A stretch of 64,000 bases of DNA from the human T2T-CHM13v2.0 reference genome, Homo sapiens. Position numbers and translations under genes: made by a program. Shown here piece by piece: positions 55,311-64,000 of the stretch (position 1 is its first letter; every line of letters starts with the position of its first letter). Below the pieces are notes generated by a model. It was not told the DNA's origin. It made no database searches and saw nothing but the letters and a program-made list of their open reading frames with translations. The stretch lies in NCBI RefSeq assembly GCF_009914755.1, contig NC_060935.1; one strand, given 5' to 3'.

Positions 55311-55889
55311 TAAGTCTTACCATGAATACTGGATCAAATAACATTCATTACAAATACCACGAATTTCGATCTTGCATGGCAAGATCCAAATTCACATCTT
55401 AGAAATGTTAGAATGTTACACCATTACTCACTTATGCATCTTTGTATATTCTCGTACTATTTTCATTAATGATGATGACACTGATAATAAACATCAAGGA
55501 TCTACTCTAATCAGAAACATTGAAAAAGTAGCTTACCTTGTTGAGAGAGACTGACTCTGACAAAATAATTCCTTAATAAGTTTTTCTCGATCACATCTCA
55601 TGATTGTATCAAGTAACTGATCATGTTTTGTTTTGTTTTTTTCAAATAGATTTCCTGCCAAGGAAAGAGATATTCACCCATTGTAAACCATTAAATGAAT
55701 TCTCTACTACGAGTGAGCACCTTGAGAGCTGGACAAGACAAGGTGACTGTTTTTTAGTTCTTGTTCCCCCAGCATATTCAAGGACTACAAATTCAAGAAG
55801 AAGGAAAAGAAGTGAGGTCATATCTATTGAGTTCCTAGTATAAGAAGTTTTTCACTTAATATTCACAATGGCACAATAAGCCAGGAAGA

Positions 55890-56290
55890 CAATGTAAAGA
55901 AGTAGTTAAGCATCTAGATTATGGGTTCAGATTACTTGGGTTTAACTCCTAATTCCGATCCTGAATAGCTACATCACTTTTAGCAACTTTCTTGCATTCA
56001 TTCATACACTCTTTCATTCAACAAATATTTACTGAGCATTACATGATGTGTGTCTGTATTGACCTAAACAGACACAATCTGTCTTTTGGAAATTATACAT
56101 TACTTGGAAATATAACCATTAAAAAGCCATAAACAAAAATAAAGCCTGGGAAGAGGTTAGATAATAATCTGTTTTATCATCTAAAATGGAAATAATAATA
56201 ACTACCCCAAAGGTCTGTTGTGACAACTGGAATGATATAATCCATATAAAGTACTTAGCAGAGTGCTTGGCTTTTAGGCAGTGTTATAAA
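55890..56290. mobile_element. MIR halves with an L2 tip between them
   Basis: MIR motifs either side of ttcattcaacaaatatttactgagca. Confidence 0.55.
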
Positions 56291-56424
56291 GGGATGAAGA
56301 AACTAATGTCCACCTAGGTTAAGTATCCAACCAAGAGTCACTCAGCTAGGAAGTGGCAGAGCTAGAATTGAAATATAATTTGCCTGCCCATACTTAGTTT
56401 TTCATCCAAAGAGTCTACATGCTG

Positions 56425-56477
56425 AGAGATACAAAGAGAGAGGGAGAGAGAGAGAGAGACAGACAGAGAGAGAGAGA
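56425..56477. repeat. (GA)n/(GACA)n repeat
   Basis: Direct reading. Confidence 0.9.
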
Positions 56478-56961
56478 CCAACACAGATGCATTTCCTGGA
56501 AAGTAGTTTTGGTCTATCATTACCAAAGGCACGTTTCCCATAAATCCTGTAACTATCATGAAAAAGGAGTTGAGATGAGTGAGTCACTTCCATATTTGGG
56601 GTCATGATGGACATTGTTCCCAAAGAAAGTGTTCAAGATAGGGAATCTGTAAAGTCCCATTTCTTTCTTTCCTTCCCTGGAACAATAATGTCATATGATC
56701 TTGGGGCTAAGGTTTTAAGAAAAAGTTATCTATCCGTAAAATTCAAACACCTTCTTAGGCCACTGTAAATTATGGCCAGAATGAGAATTTGGGGGTGCTC
56801 ACACACTCTTCTGTCACCAACAAGACCAACAGAGCTTTTTTTTTTTTTTTCCCCAAGTTCTAAGGAATTGGTTAAAGTTAGAATCCACACCCACTGCTAA
56901 AGTTGGCGATGGGTGTGGATATATGCTTGATCCCGTAACTTCCTTGGATTTCTATATAAAT

Positions 56962-57091
56962 TGGGTGATAGCATGTCCCAGTTTGCCTGACAGTTCACAT
57001 GTATGCTGATTGCATTACCATATTATTAATATTCTTTCCTTTTCTTATAACAACCATCCCTCTTTGTAAAATAAATTACATGTCCACCTTA
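56962..57091 (-). mobile_element. MER94-like MITE
   Basis: gggtgatagcatgtcccagtttgcctg...attattaat...ataaattacatgtccacctta. Confidence 0.7.
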
Positions 57092-57863
57092 TCTATGTGC
57101 ATTTAGAGGCATAGAGTGCCTAACAGTTGCTAGTGGTAGAACTTCTGAATGAAGGAAACATTGGGTTGTTTAATCGCAGCCTGGAAGACATTCAAAAATT
57201 CATTCTTATAGGGTACTTTTTCCTTTGACATGATGCTGTTCAATTTGAGATTTACATCTGTTGGCTAATAATGAAACTGCTAATAGTACTTGCTCGTTAT
57301 TTTCTGTGCTCAACTTTACATACCTGCATTTCAAGTGAATAAGTGGATGTCCAAACAAACAGGATAACCCAACTGTCTCTGTGGTGATGTTTCAGGTTAT
57401 TAGTGAAAGTTTCATATATAAGGTTTTTATCCCTCTCCTTAAATAGAAACAAAAAACAATTAAACTTGTTCAATAGAAGCGATACTGATCTAAGAGAGAG
57501 GTGAGGATTATGGTGCTTTCAGACTTAATGTGCCTTTAGTTGCTTTGTTTTCTAACTGAAAATTGGTAAGCAGATTAAAAAGACATAAAAAATAAACACA
57601 ATCTTGTGGCAGGTGTTCCTTGGCCATACGAAAATGTTTCAGAGGAGGTTCAACTCACATTATCCTCTTCTCTGGTATCCAGTGAAAAAGCAAACCGCCC
57701 CCGACTGCCTCCAAAAAGAAAAAACCAACACAAAATCTCTTAAAATATCCCTCTGGCTTTGCATCAAGGGATGGACCATTATCCTGAGTAAAAATATACA
57801 TTAAGTACTTTCCAAAATCTGATTGTTTTCTTACCCAAAACAGTTTTAGAAATTGGAATGTTG

Positions 57864-58163
57864 TCACGCCTGTAATCCCAGCACTTTGGGAGGCCGAGGT
57901 GGGTGGATCACCATAGATCAGGAGTTCGAGACCAGCCTGGCCAACGTGGTGAAACCCCATCTCTACTAAAAATACAAAAATTAGCTGGGCGAGATGGTGG
58001 ATGATTGTAATCCCAGCTACTTGGGAGGCTGAGGCAGGAGAATCACTTGAACCCGGAGAAGTGGAGGTTTCAGTGAGCCGAGATCGTGCCACTGTACTTC
58101 AACCTGGGTGACAAGAGCAATACTTCGTCTCAAATTAAAAAAAAGAAAAGAAAAGAAAAAAAA
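57864..58163 (+). mobile_element. AluS (Sq/Sp-like), slightly 5'-truncated
   Basis: Starts at tcacgcctgtaatccc; TSD agaaattggaa at 57848-57858 and 58164-58174. Confidence 0.96.
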
Positions 58164-58174
58164 AGAAATTGGAA

Positions 58175-58555
58175 CTTTGAGCTGTGAGCAAAAATTAAAG
58201 CCTAAACTTCTTAATTTGGCATTCAGAGTTCATCACCTGGCTCCCATCTACATTGTCCTCCCCCTAACTTTTTCTTTGCTACAAACAAATTGAACTACCT
58301 GAATACCAGAAAACCTACTCCTTCCTGTCTTCACAGATTTGTTCACACTGTTCCTTCCATCTAAGGTGGTTTTGCCTTCCGTTGCAACAAGTCTGAAATC
58401 CATTTCAAAGTCTAGTTCAGCTGTCAAAAATTTCTAATAAATACAATTTCTTTCACCCTTGAATATCTATAGAATAGTACCTCTTATGTTATAGGCATTT
58501 ATGCATTCATCTGATTTTCTGTAAAACATTGTAGGTTCCTAGGAGGCAGGTTTTA
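58175..58555 (+). mobile_element. L2 fragment
   Basis: ttggcattcagag...ttcacactgttccttccatc...tgtaggttcctaggaggcagg. Confidence 0.6.
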
Positions 58556-59869
58556 TATGATCTTTTATACCTTATTAAATACCATCATGGGGTTCATCAT
58601 AAATTTGTTACCCAATACCAGTTTGTTAAATAATAAATCAATATATAAAGGAAGCAAAAGAAATGAGGGAAAGGAGAATGGGAGAAAAATAAATTGTAAG
58701 CACAATCTTTCCAGGATATTAGAGTGTCTCTCATTGTTGTATATTGTGAGGCCCAAAGTATATGACACACCTCACCCCAAATGATGATAAAGACATACAC
58801 TCTTGGGTTTTATATTAACTATGTAAAGTACTTGAAATACTGGCACACAGTAAGTGCTTTTTATGATTGTTATTTTTACATAATTTGCCAACATCTCAAC
58901 TCAAGCCTACAGAAGATATAGTGGCTTAGTGTAATGGAATGGGGACACAATTTGACTCAAAGCATTCAAACTTTAGCTCACTCATGTACAAAAAGTGTCC
59001 ACTGGTTAAGGGTGTTTAATCTCCCTGATCCAAAATTTTTCTTAAGTATAAAATAAGGATTATAATAGAACTAATGTCATAAGGTTGTGCTAAGCATTAA
59101 ATGAAATAGTGTCTGGAACTTAGTAGTCATTTAATGAATGGCAGCCACAGTAGTAGTCAGAGACTCAATTTCTTAATCAATTTATTGTTTGTAATTTGTT
59201 TCATAAGCAGTACTCTAGAGTTATTAAGCTGTTAATTGTAATCTTTTTAATGGTTCGTAATTTTAGTATATACTGCTCATACATTAGCTAGATGCACTCA
59301 CCTCCTTTTATACATTTCTGGGAAATTATCATGCACATCTTTTGTTTTTTTCTCTAACTGTCTACACCTGTGTCTCTCTTACAAGGACTTACAAAGACTT
59401 CTCTTAAATTACTGAGGCAGCTTTCTGATTTGCTTTTGCATGCAGTGAGTTGGCAGTGCCTGTACCCTTGTCTCAAGTAAGGATAAAGTTTAGAGTACAA
59501 TTACAACATGGATGTTCATATGAGATTCAGCTATCTCTGAGATTTTGCCTTAAATTGCCCCTTTAAAATTGCAATTGGCTTTTTCCTTTCCTCTGCCCAG
59601 ATTTTCCTCAGAGCATTTCCATAATGAATTTTTTGCACTTGAATCCTTGTCTTAGGGTTGGCTTCTGGGGAAACCAATCTAAGAAAATGACATATTACAA
59701 AGGAAAGTAGAATTGAAAACTTTGGCATGAAACATCAATCTTTATTGAGTTGAAGACACTTTTACTGCAGCAGTATAACCATCCCTCCCATCCCCAAATT
59801 GATTTATTTTTACCTTGCCAGACTTCTATAGTACTTACTGTCTATGCCGTATTTGGCATTTAACTTGAC

Positions 59870-60531
59870 CTACTAGTTTTCTAGTACTGTGTAACAAATT
59901 ACCACAAATTTAGAGGCTTAAAATAATATACACTTATTATTTCACAGTTTGTATGGGCTAGGAGTCTAGGCATAGCTGTCCTGGATCCTCTACTCATGGT
60001 CTCACTGGGCTGAAGTCAAAGTGTCAGTCAAGACTCTAATCTCATTGGAAGCTCAGGGTCCACTTCCAAGCTGTGTGGTTGTTGTCAGAATTTAGTTTCT
60101 TGCTGTTATCAGAGTAAGTCACACCCTTTCTTGTTGACTATTGGTGAGAGACTGCCCTCAGCAACTAGAGGCCATCCTTGGTTCTTTGCAATGGGACCCC
60201 ATCCATACTTAGTTCACAATAGAGCTGTTTTCTTCTTCGGTGCAAGCAGCAGTAATCTCCCACTTTGAATCCATCTGATTTCTTTTAAGCATTCATCTAA
60301 TTAGATCAGGCCAACCCAAGATAATCTCTATTTTATTAACTCAAAGTCAACTGATTAGGGACATTAATTAAATCTGATATTTCCATTCTGCTAAATAACG
60401 TTACGTGATCACAGACATAATGACCCATTATATTTATAAATTTCATTCACACTTCAGGGAAGAGGATTATATTGGGGATATTTAAGCAGAGGGGCAGAAT
60501 TTTGGAGACCATCTTAGAATTTTGCTTACTA
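59870..60531 (-). mobile_element. MLT1E/F-like solo LTR
   Basis: gtaacaaattaccacaaatttag...ctcaaagtcaactgattaggg...ccatcttagaattttgc. Confidence 0.85.
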
Positions 60532-61494
60532 AATTTGTCTTCTATGCTTACTTACTGTATATAGAGCCCTTTGCTGGGGGGTTGATGCTCCAAAATCTAA
60601 AATTAATGAGTATTTTAGGAAGTGATTTTGATAGTGATGGTGTCATTATAATTTTTTTTCTAAAAGGGAGATAATAGGACTGTATCATATGGTTTCCACA
60701 ATCCAGATGTCAAATCAGAAAACATTCTCCCCACCAAAAAAATTAAAACAAATACAGAGGTAAATGTAGGTATAATTTATGTAGCAATAATTTGATTTCT
60801 ATGATTCTTTTTTTTCCTGATGTGGAAAATGGGTATAAGATTCCCCCTCTCATTGGGTTGCTAAAAGGATTAAAGAAAATTATTAGAGAAATACCTGACA
60901 GATAATAGGTGCCTAACAATTGGAAGGTACTTTATCTTATTCCCCACACAGAATGACTTAACTAAATTTTGTAGAAAGAAAAGCTATTTTTAAGAACGTG
61001 TGGAACATGTTCTTTTGAAAAGCAACAGATGCTTTGGGAAGTAATTAACTAGTGCACATAGAAGAGGACATTTATCAGTCACAGAAAGCATTTTACATAA
61101 AAAGGCAGTTTAAAAGAGGTAAAGAGAATGAGAAAAAAATGGCCATTGCAAGCTGATTTCTTCCCCCAGGAGAGAGTTTAGGGAGGGAATTGTGGTATGG
61201 GAAGTTATCAATTAAGTTCCATATTTTGCAAGTGGTAAGATATTAAAAGTCCAGAGGTCTGGAAACTTGATGGAATTTATGGGCCCTATCCCATAAATTA
61301 CCCACAAATTACATGTTTCCTAGAATATGTCTTATCTTGGTGTCTGGGGACTTCAGGGCTTCAGCACAGGTGCATAGTAAGACTTTGAAAAACATTACTC
61401 AATGAAGTATTTAGAATGCTTGTCAATACATTACTTCTATATGCAAACAGTCAAAAAAGTATATAATTGTGATAGAGTTGTTTTTGTCTTGGTT

Positions 61495-61740
61495 TTTAAG
61501 TAACATTTATTGACAGCTTACTGTGGACCAGGTGTTGTGCCAAGCATTTTGTATCTATGACCTAATGCAATCCATGGTGAATGTGTATCACAATTATTTC
61601 TCTTTTACAAACAAGGAAACTGAGACTCAAAGAAATTAACTTGCCCATAAAAGCTAGCACAAAAAATAGGCACAAATCAGGTCTGGAATCCTGTTTTGTA
61701 TAAGTCCTAAGCTGTGCCCTTAAGCTCTCTGCCACCATGT
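61495..61740 (-). mobile_element. MIR SINE
   Basis: aacatttattgacagcttactg...ggaaactgagactca. Confidence 0.75.
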
Positions 61741-63330
61741 AATTAAAATAATATGCCCTTAGCATTCTTTTGTATGAATCTTGGTTGTCAATTAGGAATC
61801 ACCCTGCTAAGATCTCTTCAGGGGACCTTTTCCACAGGGTTTCCTGCTTTGAATTCACTGATGTATTTCTATTTTGTGTCCCTTGTGGGCTGGTTGGCAA
61901 ATGAAAGTCAAGAGCAAACTGAATGAAATTCTAGCAGGAAGGAACCTCCAGTGAATGCTTCATTTACAAGGATGGAGGCATGCTTATTGGTTTCACCCAT
62001 GCTCTCTAAAGCATTCACACTTGCTAGTGTGTTAACAGCAAAGTCCATCACAAATGACTATTTCCACTTTCAAATCATCTCTTATTATCTCTGCTCAGTG
62101 ACTGTGAGCAGGTTTAATCTATTCCTCTCCATTCAAACCATTTTATTCTAACTACCAAATAACATTTCCCATTTTCCATATTCAGGGAAAGGCTGACTCA
62201 TTTAAATAGAGTTTTGCATGACTTACTTAAAGCTGACAGTTTGCATGTGTGGAATTTAAACTCTCTAGAAATCTGGCGAATTCCCTTAGATTTTATTAGT
62301 TTGTAATTTTTTGAAAAATGCAGTAACATCCTAGCTTGAAAAGATATTGGTGATACAAAAGAGCTCTCTTAATATCAAAACAAATCTCCTGAGTCGGGGT
62401 CAGTACTGTATCTAAATGGTAATTCTCCTGAATCCAGGTGTAGAATTGTGGATTCTATACTCCTTTCTTGTTCCAAATCACTTTTACATAACTTTGAACT
62501 AATTTTCCCTCAGGACTTTAGGAATCTTCTATAACATAGGGGCCATATTTATATGAAAGCTAACAGATGTGATTGGGAAGAGTTTACATATGTGGGTATA
62601 CATATGTGAGTATTGTCACAGAAAATAGTTTAATGTGCTACTAAAATTGTAAACTAAACTATATTTTTACGAAGAAGTTTCTTGACAACACTTTACTCTG
62701 CCCTATTTGGGTAGATAAAACACAAACGTTTTACACAGTCACTAAGAGAAAACAAATAGAAAGTTAATCAGAAATAGTTGCCCATGTAGAATGGCCACAC
62801 TATCTTACACATGAAAGGCATACACTGGTTATCAAATGTAAATGGGGATCCAAGTCATAAAATCAGAGAAATTCTAAGTTTTACTTTTTCTATTTGGTGA
62901 CTATTGGAAAGGTTACCTAACGAAGATAATGCTTTAAGTTTACTTACCTGTAATGTGGAGATAATGACAATATTTCACAGACTTATAAAGATTAAATAAG
63001 ATAGAAACGTAGCCTCTCAAAATATAACTGTACTATGTTCTTCCGTTTCCTTCCTAAGTATGCTCCAATTTCATTAACAACTTGCTTACAACCAAATCTC
63101 GAATCTAAAACTGGAATAAGCCCTTGAATGTACTTAGCTGTTTCAAAATATTAACTATGAATTGAACCATGAGCAAAATCAATTTAAATTGTAACTTCTT
63201 TTTGTGTTCATAATTAATTGAACTAGGTCAGAACCAAAGCATCAAAATACTATCCTAATAGAACCTTAATCAAATTATATTTGATCAGTTTAGTTTCATT
63301 ACCAGCTCACTGTTCCATCTTGTAGATGGA

Positions 63331-63414
63331 ACACTCTTTAATATCTAAGATATCTCTTATTTCACTTCTTGTACACTCTTTAATATCTTAAATATATCTT
63401 ATTTCACTCCTTGT
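63331..63414. repeat. 42-bp tandem duplication (2 copies, 4 mismatches)
   Basis: 63331-63372 versus 63373-63414. Confidence 0.93.
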
Positions 63415-63447
63415 CACCCAGCCTGAATAAATAGCTCATACGATTAA

Positions 63448-63573
63448 TTTTTTTTTTTTTTTTTTTGAGGCAGTCTCGCTCTGTCGCCCAGGCTGGAGTG
63501 CAGTGGCGCGATCTCGGCTCACTGCAAGCTCCGCCTCCCCTGTTCACGCCATTCTCCTGCCTCAGCCTCCTGA
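63448..63573 (-). mobile_element. 5'-truncated young AluY (part of right arm only)
   Basis: ctgcaagctccgcctcc...ttcacgccattctcc; CpGs intact; pure T tail; TSD gattaattt at 63442-63450 and 63574-63582. Confidence 0.95.
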
Positions 63574-64000
63574 GATTAATTTGCTTTAAAAATAAATAAG
63601 GCCATTTAACCCCTGCCACAGTTTTTTTCATCTCTATATGGTAGTAACAAAGAATATTCTACCTTTCTAACCAGATATTTGAAATACTAAGTCAGATAAT
63701 CGACATACAATTGCACTGATAAAATACTATAAGTTCAAAAATTATTGTTTAACATAGAGATATCCAATATATTATGCTAAATTTTTAATGTTAGTAAAAT
63801 TTAAACACTGCTGCCATTGAAATCCACCAATTTATGATTATTACCCCAAATATAATCATGCCTTTCCTAATTATGTTCTAAAAGAATGGTTGTAAAACAT
63901 CGATAGGGATCGTGTGTACTCTGGATATAAAACAAAGTCACATAATCAAGACCTCAAAGTGTCTCTCACCAGTCTTCACAATGCAAATTATGAAGTAGAA

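Noticed and set aside
55537-55556. Minus-strand 20-nt exon ending in AAG|GTAAGC
   Set aside because: Not frame-preserving and weak acceptor; isolated donors are common by chance.
57655-58092. Longest ORF in the track (145 aa)
   Set aside because: Antisense Alu read-through into flanking DNA.

Overview
AT-rich, CpG-poor primate (human-like) DNA, intergenic or deep intronic. The markers are AluJ/S/Y, L1PA, THE1, MER41 and LTR1-type elements. I cannot support any protein-coding gene. The supplied ORFs are chance ORFs, Alu/LTR read-throughs or decayed L1 ORF1/ORF2 fragments. A large share of the window is interspersed repeat: a ~9.7 kb nested cluster at 9.7-19.4 kb (old L1MC host containing an L1MA, a full-length THE1 provirus, L1PA pieces and a 3'-truncated AluY), a 1.7 kb L1PA, several Alus, MaLR/ERV solo LTRs, hAT MITEs (MER20, MER63, MER81, three MER94), MIR/L2 relics and microsatellites. 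I found no evidence of a new biological system. The best leads are a candidate minus-strand TATA/CCAAT/RFX-like promoter with a short first exon (5.7-6.0 kb), motif-dense unique segments that may be enhancers, and several clear mutational scars (an Alu micro-inversion between 10-bp inverted repeats, a deletion junction with a templated 15-bp duplication, and a hairpin next to a 42-bp tandem duplication). Repeat subfamily names come from recalled consensus features, not from an alignment.
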